Part shown: positions 1-9,121 of the stretch, piece after piece
Layout: every line of letters starts with the position of its first letter
Numbering within the stretch: position 1 is the first letter of the stretch
From: Patescibacteria group bacterium
GTDB taxonomy: Bacteria > Patescibacteriota > Minisyncoccia > Minisyncoccales > PWPS01
Assembly (NCBI GenBank): GCA_051745165.1
Contig: JBNJDU010000005.1
Span: 1 to 32,296 of the forward strand
Length of the DNA: 32,296 nucleotides
Direction of reading: 5' to 3'
Translations under genes and position numbers: made by a program
The notes under the pieces: generated by a model
The model's input: only the letters and a program-made list of their open reading frames with translations
The model's database searches: none
Told to the model about the DNA's origin: nothing

Positions 1-2145
1 TCTTAAAGAGTTAAAAACAACTGAAACTGAAGAAATAGTCATTGCACCAGCAGCAATTGCTGGTCCTATAGGAGTAGCTAAAAATCCAAAGGCAGCAACT
101 GGTAGAGCTAAGGAATTATAAAGATAAGCCCAAAATAGATTTTGCTTTATTATTTTGAAAGTTTTTTCTGATAAATCTATTGCTTCTATTAATTTTTCTA
201 ACTCTCCTTTGATTAGGGTTATATCTCCGGATTCAATAGCTATATCTGTCCCCGTTCCTATTGCTATAGATACATCAGCCTTAGTTAGAGCAGGAGCATC
301 ATTTATTCCATCCCCAACCATAGCTACGGACCTTCCTTGGCTTTGCAAGTCTTCTATAACCTCTGTCTTTTGATCTGGATAAACTTCTGCTATAACCTTT
401 TCGATTCCTAATTCTTTCGCTAAAGCTTTAGCAGTTTTCTCATTATCCCCAGTAAGCATAACTAATTTAAATCCTTTGTCTTTTAAATCTTGTATTGCTT
501 TTTCACTAGTCTCTTTTACAGTATCAGCAAGCGCTATAAGTCCAAGCAACTTATCACTACCGACAATAACTACTGTCTTCCCTTGCTCTTCTAGTTCTTC
601 TTTTTTATTTGTAAGATCTTCAGTTAAATTAAAGTCATTTTCTTCTAATAGGTTTTTTCTTCCTACTATCACTTTTTGCCCATCGACCTTCCCAACAACA
701 CCCTCTCCAAAAAGAGCTTCGAAATTAGTAATTTTTCTAAGTTTAAGGTTTTCTTCTTTTGCTTTTTTAGTAATTGCTCTTCCTAAAGGGTGTTCAGAAT
801 TAGATTCTAAAGATCCAGCAATCTCTAAGATATTATCTTTTTCTCCTTCAAAAGAATATAAATCAGTCACACTAGGAGCACCTTTAGTTATAGTTCCAGT
901 TTTATCAAAAACAATTGTATCTACTTTTGTAATCTCTTCTAAGGCTGATCCTTTTCTAAATAAAATTCCTCTTTTCGCTCCGTTACCCACTGCTACCGTA
1001 AGCGCAGTCGGAGTAGCTAATCCTAGAGCACACGGGCAAGCAATAACCAAAACAGTCATCGCTGCAAAAAGAGCGGTAAACCATTCTCCAAAAATAAATC
1101 CCCAAACTAAAAAAGTAATTAACGACAAAAATAAAACAACAGGAACAAAATAAGAAGTAACTTTATCCGCTAAGTTTTGAATCGGAACTTCAGATCCTTG
1201 CGCTTCTTTAACCAAATTTATAACTTGAGAAAGAAAAGTGTCTTCACCCACCTTTGTAGCTCTTACCTTTAAAACTCCTTCGATATTTATAGTCGATCCT
1301 ATCACTTCGTCTCCCGGTTTTTTAGTAACTGGAACTGATTCCCCGGTAGCCATTGACTCATCAATACTTGATTTTCCTTCTAACACTTCTCCATCCGTAG
1401 GAACCTTTTCTCCCGGCCTAACAATCATTATATCTCCCTCTTTTAATTCATCCACTCTAACCTGATCCTCTTCTCCGTCAACTAACACATTGGCAGTTTT
1501 AGCTTCTAGTTCTAATAAAGATTTTAGAGCTGCAGAAGTTTTTCCTTTTGCTCTGGTTTCCAAATACCTTCCTAACAAATGAAAAGCCATAATAAAGGCA
1601 GCAACACCAAAAAACGCAGGTAAATCAAGGACAAAGAAGGCAGCTAAGCCAAACAAATAAGCCGCATTATCCCCCATAGAAATCAATACATCCATGTTGG
1701 CATAACCTTTTTTAATTGATTTAAAGGCAGAAAGGTGGGTTTCTTTCCCATAATAATAAACAGGAAAGAAAGCGAGAATAGCCTCAAAAGTAAGTTGTAA
1801 ATAATGAGAGCTTATTCCTAAAAAAGACAATCCAAACATCGGTTCAAAAAAATAGCGAACCCCCATAAGTAACATTAGAAACGTAGCTATAGCAAGAGAT
1901 GTAAAAGCCTTACTTTTAGCTTGGGATATTTCTTCGTTCTGCTCTTTAGAACCTACTTCATATCCTAAATCTTGCACTATTTTTCTAACTTTATCTTCAA
2001 AAATTTCCTCACCTTTAACTATTAATACCTCATTAGTAAAATCAACCTTAGCAGAATTAACACCGTCCATTTTGATGACTTCTTTTTCAATGGAGTTTGC
2101 ACAACTAATACAGTGCATTCCTGATATATCAAATTCTTTTTTCAT
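1..2145 (-). CDS. copA: Heavy-metal (Cu+) translocating P1B-type ATPase, 3' end runs off the window
   Basis: Not in the ORF track. Manual translation from ATG at 2145 gives [20 protein letters not shown] (HMA CxxC), [44 protein letters not shown] and a C-terminal [11 protein letters not shown] at the edge. Confidence 0.95.
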   Translation of the reverse strand, partial: MKKEFDISGMHCISCANSIEKEVIKMDGVNSAKVDFTNEVLIVKGEEIFEDKVRKIVQDLGYEVGSKEQNEEISQAKSKAFTSLAIATFLMLLMGVRYFFEPMFGLSFLGISSHYLQLTFEAILAFFPVYYYGKETHLSAFKSIKKGYANMDVLISMGDNAAYLFGLAAFFVLDLPAFFGVAAFIMAFHLLGRYLETRAKGKTSAALKSLLELEAKTANVLVDGEEDQVRVDELKEGDIMIVRPGEKVPTDGEVLEGKSSIDESMATGESVPVTKKPGDEVIGSTINIEGVLKVRATKVGEDTFLSQVINLVKEAQGSEVPIQNLADKVTSYFVPVVLFLSLITFLVWGFIFGEWFTALFAAMTVLVIACPCALGLATPTALTVAVGNGAKRGILFRKGSALEEITKVDTIVFDKTGTITKGAPSVTDLYSFEGEKDNILEIAGSLESNSEHPLGRAITKKAKEENLKLRKITNFEALFGEGVVGKVDGQKVIVGRKNLLEENDFNLTEDLTNKKEELEEQGKTVVIVGSDKLLGLIALADTVKETSEKAIQDLKDKGFKLVMLTGDNEKTAKALAKELGIEKVIAEVYPDQKTEVIEDLQSQGRSVAMVGDGINDAPALTKADVSIAIGTGTDIAIESGDITLIKGELEKLIEAIDLSEKTFKIIKQNLFWAYLYNSLALPVAAFGFLATPIGPAIAAGAMTISSVSVVFNSLR

Positions 2146-2146
2146 A

Positions 2147-2416
2147 TTATTTATTTAGAAATTTCATTACTTTTATAATTTCGTTAATCATTTCCTGCTT
2201 CTTTTCTTCATCATCAGTTTCCATTGCATGTCTAAAACAAGTATTTAAGTGATTTCTCATTAATTTTTCATGTGAAGATTTAAGCATGCCCATAACTGCC
2301 AAGTTCTGTTGCATTATGTCAATACAGTACTGATCTTCTTCAATCATTTCCAACATTTTATTTATTAAGCTCTTCGCTTTTTTTAAGTTTATTACTGCTT
2401 TTTCTTTTTCACTCAT
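2147..2416 (-). CDS. csoR: CsoR/RcnR family metal-sensing transcriptional repressor
   Basis: 89 aa with YCIDIMQQ...NHLNTC (Cys...His-x3-Cys fingerprint), directly upstream of copA. Confidence 0.88.
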   Translation of the reverse strand: MSEKEKAVINLKKAKSLINKMLEMIEEDQYCIDIMQQNLAVMGMLKSSHEKLMRNHLNTCFRHAMETDDEEKKQEMINEIIKVMKFLNK

Positions 2417-2419
2417 GAC

Positions 2420-2971
2420 TTATATTTTACAATTATTTTTTGTAATCGATTGACTTAAGATTAGTATTAATGAAATAAACAACAAAATTACTCCAGCTAT
2501 ATCAAACTCAGCTCCGCCAAGAGGTAGGGCAGAAACTAAAGCTCCCATTCCAAAAAAGGATAAAAATGAAACTGCTAAAATTCCACAAGCACCACAACCG
2601 GCACCCAAAAGACTAAATATTAAACCGCCAGTAGTAGTGGTAGCTGTCTTTCTATCAATGCCACCATTAGTTCTAATATTTTTAAAAGCTATTAAATTAA
2701 ATCCAAAAAGTAAAGCTATTAAAATAGTAGTTACTATAGAAAAAGAACGAAACCCAATAAGATGTAAATAAACAGCATTAAAAAAATTAAATAATAAATT
2801 ACTTTCTCCATTAAAAATAGCTGTTTTGATGCTTTGAATATTTGGAGCTGTAACTAAAATAATTAAAAACAAAAAAGCTACCCCGAAAGCTAAAAATAAG
2901 TTTTTTAAATTAAAAAATATTTTTACAAACTCTTTCCCAGCACAAGATAATTTTCTTAAATTTTGATTCAT
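2420..2971 (-). CDS. Hypothetical multi-pass membrane protein with GxGCxxCG motif
   Basis: Several hydrophobic segments, GAGCGACG in a TM region, first gene of the csoR-copA run. Confidence 0.7.
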   Translation of the reverse strand: MNQNLRKLSCAGKEFVKIFFNLKNLFLAFGVAFLFLIILVTAPNIQSIKTAIFNGESNLLFNFFNAVYLHLIGFRSFSIVTTILIALLFGFNLIAFKNIRTNGGIDRKTATTTTGGLIFSLLGAGCGACGILAVSFLSFFGMGALVSALPLGGAEFDIAGVILLFISLILILSQSITKNNCKI

Positions 2972-3010
2972 CTCCCTATAAATTAGTCAAATTTTATCTT
3001 TAATTTTATC

Positions 3011-3037
3011 AATACCTACACCTATGGTACAGGTATT
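3011..3037. promoter_or_regulatory. Probable CsoR operator
   Basis: Dyad AATACCT-n2-ACC-n3-GGT-n2-AGGTATT, resembling TACC...GGTA CsoR boxes, just downstream of the promoter at 3048-3075. Confidence 0.6.
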
Positions 3038-3047
3038 ACTTATCAAT

Positions 3048-3075
3048 AGTTTACAAAATCAATGCTAAATGTCAA
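3048..3075 (-). promoter_or_regulatory. Sigma70-type promoter of the copper operon
   Basis: TTGACA (3075-3070), 16 bp, TAAACT (3053-3048). Confidence 0.55.
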
Positions 3076-3077
3076 AT

Positions 3078-3112
3078 AAAAAAAACCACCTCCCTCTCGG
3101 GAGATGGTTTTT
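3078..3112 (-). terminator. Rho-independent terminator of the ncRNA
   Basis: Minus strand ACCATCTCCC-GAGA-GGGAGGTGGT followed by a long U run. Confidence 0.85.
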
Positions 3113-3114
3113 AC

Positions 3115-3240
3115 GCACCCCGCTGCTCATAAAAAATCTGAGAATGTTCCAAGTGGGTGCCTCAGCTTTAGCCCACGGGCTAAAGATCATATGCGGCTCC
3201 CTTAAATGTTGATGTGTCAGACTTTATGTCAACGAGGTGC
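3115..3240 (-). ncRNA. ssrS: Probable compact 6S RNA
   Basis: Own consensus promoter and terminator with no ORF. Rod fold: GCACCUCGUUG/CAGCGGGGUGC, CAUAAA/UUUAUG, UCUGA/UCAGA, a central bubble, then GGGAGCC/GGCACCC followed by ACUUG (like the GGGAG...GGCACCCACCUG motif of Gram-positive-type 6S RNAs) and an apical hairpin CUUUAGCCC/GGGCUAAAG. Confidence 0.72.
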
Positions 3241-3246
3241 ACCTGT

Positions 3247-3276
3247 ATTATATCTTTTATTAATATTTAGTGTCAA
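3247..3276 (-). promoter_or_regulatory. Consensus sigma70 promoter for the ncRNA
   Basis: TTGACA (3276-3271), 18 bp, TATAAT (3252-3247). Predicted +1 near G3240, the first base of the terminal stem. Confidence 0.8.
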
Positions 3277-4346
3277 GAATTTCTAAGTACGTCTGCAAGC
3301 TGTCCTAAGAAAGAAACAACTGCTGGAGGAGCTAAAAGGCTGTAGCTTTCCACCCCTTCATCATCTTTTACAGTCCAAGGAACTTCTTCAATTTCTACCT
3401 CATCTTTTTCTTCGTTATACTCATACTTGTATTCGGGAGTAATTTCATAATCTGCAACATATTCATCAGCTTTTTCTACTGGAATAGAATTTCTAACTAA
3501 AACCTTTGGAATTCCGTGCAGTTTAAAAGCTTGCTTAATAAGTTTTTCATCTAAGTCAAGTCTATCTCTGAGCGGTTCAATCCCTTTTTCATCACCCTCT
3601 TTCCTGACCATTCTAACCTCTTCACAGTCAGGATTATCACAAATTAGATGAAATTCATCTTCTTCCTTATCATATTCTACTTTAGAAGTAGGGAAGAGTT
3701 TTAGATTTCTAGAAGTATTACACTCGGGACATACCTTTCTGTATTTGATTCGCTCATCAATAACATTTTCTGGAACATCCAATAAAGCAAATATATCCAC
3801 ATCTTCTCTGTACCCGATTAGATCTCTAAAGAATAAAGAGTAACTAATTTGATCCATGTTTCGTGGAAATCCATCAATGAAAAGCACCTTTCTTCCTCTT
3901 TTTGCAATCTCTCTTTTAATTAAAGTTAAGATAAGGGGTGTAGGAAGAAGAGACTCTGTACTTCTTCCTTCTAAACGAGCAATTATTTCATCAAGTTCAA
4001 TCCATCCTCGATAATTTTCTTCTAAAAATTGAATTAATTCTTCTCTTTTTTCATCATCCTTAAGCTCTTGATCCACTTCTCTAATCATATCTCCAACTGA
4101 GAAATGTTCTACTTTATCTTTTCCTAAAGCATCAGCAATCATTTTAGAGTAAGTTCCTTTACCGGCACTTTTTTTTCCTAAAAGATAAACTACAAAAGTA
4201 TTATTTTCTAAAAAGTCTTTTATAGCTTCTATATCTTTACCAGCTTTGAATTCGAAATATTCAAGCCTTTCATCCGGATCAGAAAGATCAAATCCGGGAT
4301 CGTCTTCCATTTTTGTCTTATATATTGGGAATTCTACTCCTTTCAT
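3273..4346 (-). CDS. adk: Adenylate kinase / NMP kinase family protein, extended form
   Basis: P-loop GKKSAGKGT, HFSVGDMIR, IDGFPRN and Zn-lid CPEC...C-x4-C. At 357 aa it is much longer than a canonical Adk. Confidence 0.8.
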   Translation of the reverse strand: MKGVEFPIYKTKMEDDPGFDLSDPDERLEYFEFKAGKDIEAIKDFLENNTFVVYLLGKKSAGKGTYSKMIADALGKDKVEHFSVGDMIREVDQELKDDEKREELIQFLEENYRGWIELDEIIARLEGRSTESLLPTPLILTLIKREIAKRGRKVLFIDGFPRNMDQISYSLFFRDLIGYREDVDIFALLDVPENVIDERIKYRKVCPECNTSRNLKLFPTSKVEYDKEEDEFHLICDNPDCEEVRMVRKEGDEKGIEPLRDRLDLDEKLIKQAFKLHGIPKVLVRNSIPVEKADEYVADYEITPEYKYEYNEEKDEVEIEEVPWTVKDDEGVESYSLLAPPAVVSFLGQLADVLRNS

Positions 4347-4368
4347 ATTTTTTTAAATTAATTAATAT

Positions 4369-5064
4369 TTATCTTTTTAATGGTTTCCCATTTTCAATAA
4401 CCTTTAAAGCTTCTTCCGGCGTATCTACTACTTGAATTAAGTCTAAATCTTTTTGACTAATTGTTTTGTAATCATCTAATAAAGTATTTTTAAACCATTT
4501 TATTAAAGGATTCCAATAATCTTCTCCAACAGCAACTACAGTAACCGGTTGAGGAAGTTTTTTAGTTTGCATTAAAGTCAGCATTTCAAAAAGCTCATCT
4601 AAAGTTCCAAAACCCCCAGGAAAAAATACATAACCATAAGATGAAAAAGAAAGCATTACTTTTCTTGTAAAAAAGTAGTGGAATCCAACTGATTTCTTTA
4701 AATAATCATTAGCCTTTTCTCCTTCTCCTTGTAATTGAATATTTATTCCAATAGAATCTCCATCCGCTTCATAAGCTCCTCGATTAGCTGCTTCCATAAT
4801 CCCTGGACCTCCACCGGTAATTACAGAATAATCTTTTTTTACTAATAAATCAGCTAATTTTTTAGCTTTTTTGTAATGAGGGTTGTCTTCATCAAAACGA
4901 CTAGATCCAAAAAAGGAAACTGCTTTGTCGAAATCAGCTACAAACTGAAAACCCTCAACAAATTCAGCCATAATCCTAAATATTCTCCACTGAAAAGTTT
5001 CCCTAAAATCCTGCTCTGGGAATGGAAAATATTGATCTTCAAAATTTTCTTTATCCTTACTCAT
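4369..5064 (-). CDS. LOG family (TIGR00730) nucleotide monophosphate nucleosidase
   Basis: TGGGPGIMEAANRGA, FFTRKVML, PGGFGTLDE. Confidence 0.93.
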   Translation of the reverse strand: MSKDKENFEDQYFPFPEQDFRETFQWRIFRIMAEFVEGFQFVADFDKAVSFFGSSRFDEDNPHYKKAKKLADLLVKKDYSVITGGGPGIMEAANRGAYEADGDSIGINIQLQGEGEKANDYLKKSVGFHYFFTRKVMLSFSSYGYVFFPGGFGTLDELFEMLTLMQTKKLPQPVTVVAVGEDYWNPLIKWFKNTLLDDYKTISQKDLDLIQVVDTPEEALKVIENGKPLKR

Positions 5065-5156
5065 AAGTTTTTCTAGTTTATCATTTTTAAGTTCTTTTTC
5101 AACTTTTAAAATTTATTTGCACTAATTTTACCATCTTATAGGCTAACATAAAAGCC

Positions 5157-6014
5157 TTATTCAGCTATTACTTTAAAGTTACCTTCTTCAAAGGTTTTAT
5201 GAGTATCAATACTTAAATCATTAAAGATTTTTAAAACCTCCTCATGAGGATGACCATGCCTATTATCCGCACCAGCACTTATTACTGCTACTTCGGGATT
5301 AACACGTTTAACAAAATCATAACCAGAAGAACTAGCTGATCCATGGTGGCTCACCTTTAAAACATCTGATGGAAGATTAATTGCCCTACACCAATCAAAC
5401 TTATTTTCAGAACATTCCTTTTCCCATTCTAATAGCTTTTCTTCTTGCCTCTTTCCTGCATCTCCCGTAAATAAAACACTACCGTCTTCATGAACTAATC
5501 TATTAACTATAGAGGCTTCATTAAGCCCCTTAGAAAAATCGAAATCTTTAGGTGGAAAAAGGATATCAAGATAAGCTTCTCCTAAATAAACCCTTTGACC
5601 TCTGTAAACTTTTTTGTCGTCAACTTTTTCTAATAAGCTCTCCCATTCTCTAAATACTAGACTATCATGGCTTTGCTTGGTCCATAGGACTTTCTCGACA
5701 TTAAATCGTTCAAGAACCTCCACTAATCCAGATAGATGATCAGCGTGAGGATGAGTCAAAATAATTAGATCTATATCTCTATCCCAAAAAGGAAGTTCTG
5801 AACTCAAATGAGAAAGAATTTTATCTTCTGGTCCGCCATCTATAAGTATATTTTTTCTATCCGAAGTTCTAATTAAAGCTGCATCTCCTTGCCCGACATC
5901 AAAAAAAGTTACTTCTAAGTCTTGCTCCTTCCGTAAATCTAAAAAAATTGAAAGAGCAACTAAATTACAAAATATTAAAAACGATATTATTAAAAATTTT
6001 TTATCTTTGTTCAT
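5157..6014 (-). CDS. ComEC/Rec2-type metallo-beta-lactamase-fold nuclease domain with N-terminal membrane anchor
   Basis: FFDVGQGDA, LIDGG, THPHADHLSG, FTGDA, KVSHHGS, ISAG..N.HGHPH. Confidence 0.9.
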   Translation of the reverse strand: MNKDKKFLIISFLIFCNLVALSIFLDLRKEQDLEVTFFDVGQGDAALIRTSDRKNILIDGGPEDKILSHLSSELPFWDRDIDLIILTHPHADHLSGLVEVLERFNVEKVLWTKQSHDSLVFREWESLLEKVDDKKVYRGQRVYLGEAYLDILFPPKDFDFSKGLNEASIVNRLVHEDGSVLFTGDAGKRQEEKLLEWEKECSENKFDWCRAINLPSDVLKVSHHGSASSSGYDFVKRVNPEVAVISAGADNRHGHPHEEVLKIFNDLSIDTHKTFEEGNFKVIAE

Positions 6015-6023
6015 AATTTAAAA

Positions 6024-6054
6024 CCAAAAACCACCGTGGTCGGGTGGTTTTTGG
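6024..6054. terminator. Intrinsic terminator downstream of the small zinc-ribbon gene
   Basis: 12-bp inverted repeat CCAAAAACCACC / GGTGGTTTTTGG. Confidence 0.7.
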
Positions 6055-6076
6055 AGGTAGAGAATCGATAAGCGAT

Positions 6077-6235
6077 TTACGCTTTTCCGAGAATCCTGAA
6101 CATTTTAGTTCCACATTCAGGACATTTTCCAGAAAGAGCTCTTCTTTTAGTTCCGCCCTTACCTTTCATAGTTACTTCTTCTTCGTTCTCCATTTCTCTT
6201 TTAGCTTTGCATTTTACACAGTATGCTTCAGACAT
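6077..6235 (-). CDS. Small zinc-ribbon protein (DUF5679-like), 52 aa, missed by the ORF track
   Basis: MSEAYCVKCKAKREMENEEEVTMKGKGGTKRRALSGKCPECGTKMFRILGKA: two CxxC pairs, own promoter (TTGATT 6370-6365, TATAAT 6348-6343) and terminator. Confidence 0.88.
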   Translation of the reverse strand: MSEAYCVKCKAKREMENEEEVTMKGKGGTKRRALSGKCPECGTKMFRILGKA

Positions 6236-6366
6236 ATTATTTCTATGTTGATTGATTACATATCCGACCTTTTTATTTTTAAAGCGGATTTTTAACTTGC
6301 ATGTAGGTTCTTTTTTAACTTATTTGAACCTAACTTAAGCTCATTATAACCAACACTACGAAAAAA

Positions 6367-7521
6367 TCAAGTTAAAACCCGTTTATTTTCTATACAGTCT
6401 TCTATTAAATCATCTAAATCAAGCTTTTCTTCTAGTTCTAAAACCCTTTTTAGATTGGATTTAGTCTCCGGACTACGGGGATTAAATAGAGTGCAACAAT
6501 CCTGATCTGGAAGGATTGAAATTTCATAAGTTTTTATTTCTCTCGCTTTAGAGATAATTTCTTTTTTATTTTCTCCAACTAAAGGTCTAAGTATTGGTAG
6601 ATCGGTCACCTCCTCCGTTGCTCGCATATTAGGTAGGGTTTGGGATGATACCTGCCCCAAACTCTCTCCAGTAACTAAAGCTCCCGCATTTCGGTTGTGA
6701 GCAAGCTCTTCGGCGATCTTTAGCATTAATCTTCTATAAAATATTATTCTATACTTTTCCGGGATGGAAATTCTAATCTTTTTTTGAATTTCTCCAAAAG
6801 GCATCAAGAAGAGCTTACTTTCGGGAGCATATTTTTTTAACACCTTAAATAACTTCTCTGCTTTTTTTATTGAATCGTTAGAAACTAAGGGGTAAGCATG
6901 AAAATGAACAAAATCTAAAGCAAGACCTCTCTTTAGCATCTTAAATCCAGCTACAGGCGAATCAATTCCTCCCGATAAAAGAAGAGTTCCTCTACCGCTT
7001 GATCCAACCGGCAAACCACCATAACCTTTTATTTTTTTAAAGTAAATAAAAGACCCTTCTCTGGTAATTTCAATAAATACATTCAAGTCAAAATCTTCAA
7101 GATCAACTTGCCAATCAAAGTTTTCAAAAACAGATGCCCCAACCTCTCGACTAACTACAGGGGAGTTGTGCGGAAAACTTTTATCCGCTCTCTTAGTAGT
7201 TACTCTAAAAGAATTGGGGGTTAACTTTTCTTTTTTCAAAAGATCAACAGTTTCTTTTTTAATTGTTTCTAACTTTGAATCTATTTTTTTTGCAAAAGAA
7301 AAATAAGCTAAACCAAATACTTTTTTTAAGCTTGATTCAACATCTGTCTTTTCAGCATTTTCATTTAACCTAATAACAATCCTTCCTTCTGGTCTTCTAA
7401 CACTAGTAAAGCTTCCACTTGGTAAAGCTTCTTTTATATTAGAAACTAGCTTTTTTTCAAAAAAGCTTCTATTGTTTCCTTTTAATCCTATTTCAGAATA
7501 ATGACAAATTACGTATTGCAT
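6367..7521 (-). CDS. thiI: tRNA 4-thiouridine synthase (THUMP + PP-loop, no rhodanese domain)
   Basis: HYSEIGLKGNNR, LLSGGIDSPVA, TGESLGQVSSQT, DQDCC. Confidence 0.95.
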   Translation of the reverse strand: MQYVICHYSEIGLKGNNRSFFEKKLVSNIKEALPSGSFTSVRRPEGRIVIRLNENAEKTDVESSLKKVFGLAYFSFAKKIDSKLETIKKETVDLLKKEKLTPNSFRVTTKRADKSFPHNSPVVSREVGASVFENFDWQVDLEDFDLNVFIEITREGSFIYFKKIKGYGGLPVGSSGRGTLLLSGGIDSPVAGFKMLKRGLALDFVHFHAYPLVSNDSIKKAEKLFKVLKKYAPESKLFLMPFGEIQKKIRISIPEKYRIIFYRRLMLKIAEELAHNRNAGALVTGESLGQVSSQTLPNMRATEEVTDLPILRPLVGENKKEIISKAREIKTYEISILPDQDCCTLFNPRSPETKSNLKRVLELEEKLDLDDLIEDCIENKRVLT

Positions 7522-7721
7522 TAATTATCTGCGTTAAGATCTTCTAAAATAGATTCTAAGTCTAAATCATACTGCTTAGCAACTTGCTCAATTTTAAGAT
7601 CTTGCATTTCCATTGATGCCATAGGGCATCCCAGACAAGGAACTTGATATTTAGCCATCACCTCTTGTCCTTTTGGGTGTTTTAAAATTTCTTCAATTGT
7701 AGAATCTTTTGTTATTTCCAT
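7521..7721 (-). CDS. DUF1858-like small CxxC protein
   Basis: MEITKDSTIEEILKHP...CLGCPMASME...LEDLN. ATG 7721 is preferred over 7751, which overlaps mnmA. Confidence 0.8.
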   Translation of the reverse strand: MEITKDSTIEEILKHPKGQEVMAKYQVPCLGCPMASMEMQDLKIEQVAKQYDLDLESILEDLNADN

Positions 7722-7731
7722 AATATTTTTG

Positions 7732-8754
7732 TTAATTAATAACTCCTCCACCTAATAATTTATCTTTCTTATAAAAAACTATTGATTGACCTTTAGCAAT
7801 AGCTCTTTGCGATTCGTGAAATTCAAACTCATTTTTGTTTTTTAACACTCCTTTTTCTTTTGGAGCATTATAACGGATTTTTGCTTTTACCTCTAGAGGA
7901 AAATCTATTTCTTCAAAAAAATTAGAATCTCTAAAAGATACTTTTCTACTCATTAAATCATCATTGTCTTTAGTTACAATTAACACATTTCTATCTATAT
8001 CTTTATCCAACACATAAAAGGGGCCACCAGAAAGTCCAATTCCTTTCCTTTGCCCTAAAGTGTAAGCGGGTAGACCGATATGCTTTCCTAATTTTTCTCC
8101 TTTTTTATTTTCTATATCTCCAGATTTTAAATCAATATGCTTTTTTAAAAAATCTATTAAGTTGCTCTTTACAAAGCAAACCTCTTGTGAGTCAGAAACA
8201 GTTGCTGCGGGAAGATTATTTTTTTCAGCTAATTTTCTCACTCTCCTTTTTTCTAAATCCCCAAGTGGAAAAATTATATTTTCAAGATCTTCCTTTCTCA
8301 AACTCCATAAAAAATAAGTTTGATCTTTGTGTTTGTCTTTAGGTGTAAATAAACTTCCTTTATTATTTATTGCGTAATGACCCGTTGCTACTTTAGATCC
8401 TCCGAATTCACTTATTTTTTCAAATAAAACCTTAAATTTAATTTTTTTATTACAAACTATACACGGATTTGGAGTTTCTCCCTTTTTATAACTTTTTAAA
8501 AAATAATCAACTACTTGTTTTTTAAATTTTTTTCTTACATCTAAAGTGTAAAAGGGAATATTTAACTCATTGCAAGTTTTTCTTGCTCTTCTTTCTGAAC
8601 TTATTCCACAACAATGATTTTCCTCACCCCAAAACTTCATAAAAACACCAATAGGAGAAAAACCCTTCTCTTTTAAAAGGGTAAGAGCAACTGAAGAGTC
8701 TACCCCTCCGGAAACTCCAACAACTATTTTTTTATTTTTTTTCTCTGTAATCAT
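7732..8754 (-). CDS. mnmA: tRNA 2-thiouridine(34) synthase
   Basis: SGGVDSS, TPNPCIVCNKKIKF, ATGHYA, KDQTYFL, DSQEVCF, YTLGQRKG, GGG C-terminus. Confidence 0.96.
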   Translation of the reverse strand: MITEKKNKKIVVGVSGGVDSSVALTLLKEKGFSPIGVFMKFWGEENHCCGISSERRARKTCNELNIPFYTLDVRKKFKKQVVDYFLKSYKKGETPNPCIVCNKKIKFKVLFEKISEFGGSKVATGHYAINNKGSLFTPKDKHKDQTYFLWSLRKEDLENIIFPLGDLEKRRVRKLAEKNNLPAATVSDSQEVCFVKSNLIDFLKKHIDLKSGDIENKKGEKLGKHIGLPAYTLGQRKGIGLSGGPFYVLDKDIDRNVLIVTKDNDDLMSRKVSFRDSNFFEEIDFPLEVKAKIRYNAPKEKGVLKNKNEFEFHESQRAIAKGQSIVFYKKDKLLGGGVIN

Positions 8755-9106
8755 CAATTGCTGCCTTTAATCCTCTTTGAGCTAAATCAGCACAATGAAC
8801 TTTAGTTGGAGGTAAAGATCCTAATTCATCAACTAAGTCTTGAAAAGTTATCTCTAAAGCCTTATCTAAAGATTTTCCTTTAGCAACTTCACAAACCATA
8901 TCTGAAGTTGCAATTGCTGCTGCACAGCCCAAAGTCTTAAACTTCATGTCTTTAATCTTATCATCTTCTACTTTTATGTGAATGGTCATTAAATCTCCGC
9001 ACTTAGGGTTTCCCACATCTCCAACCCCATCAGGGTTTTCCATCTTTCCTAAGTTTCTAGGATTCATAAAATGATCCATTGCTTTGTCTGAATATGTTTT
9101 TTTCAT
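8732..9106 (-). CDS. iscU: Fe-S cluster scaffold, IscU/NifU N-terminal type
   Basis: HFMNPRN, GNPKCGD, GCAAAIA, LPPTKVHC. Confidence 0.95.
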   Translation of the reverse strand: MKKTYSDKAMDHFMNPRNLGKMENPDGVGDVGNPKCGDLMTIHIKVEDDKIKDMKFKTLGCAAAIATSDMVCEVAKGKSLDKALEITFQDLVDELGSLPPTKVHCADLAQRGLKAAIDDYREKK

Positions 9107-9121
9107 TTTTTTAATTTAAAT

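Noticed and set aside
155-1465. Plus-strand ORFs 155-373, 476-1153 and 1238-1465
   Set aside because: Antisense shadows of the copA frame.
6044-6295. 83-aa plus-strand ORF
   Set aside because: Shadow of the minus-strand zinc-ribbon gene and its terminator.
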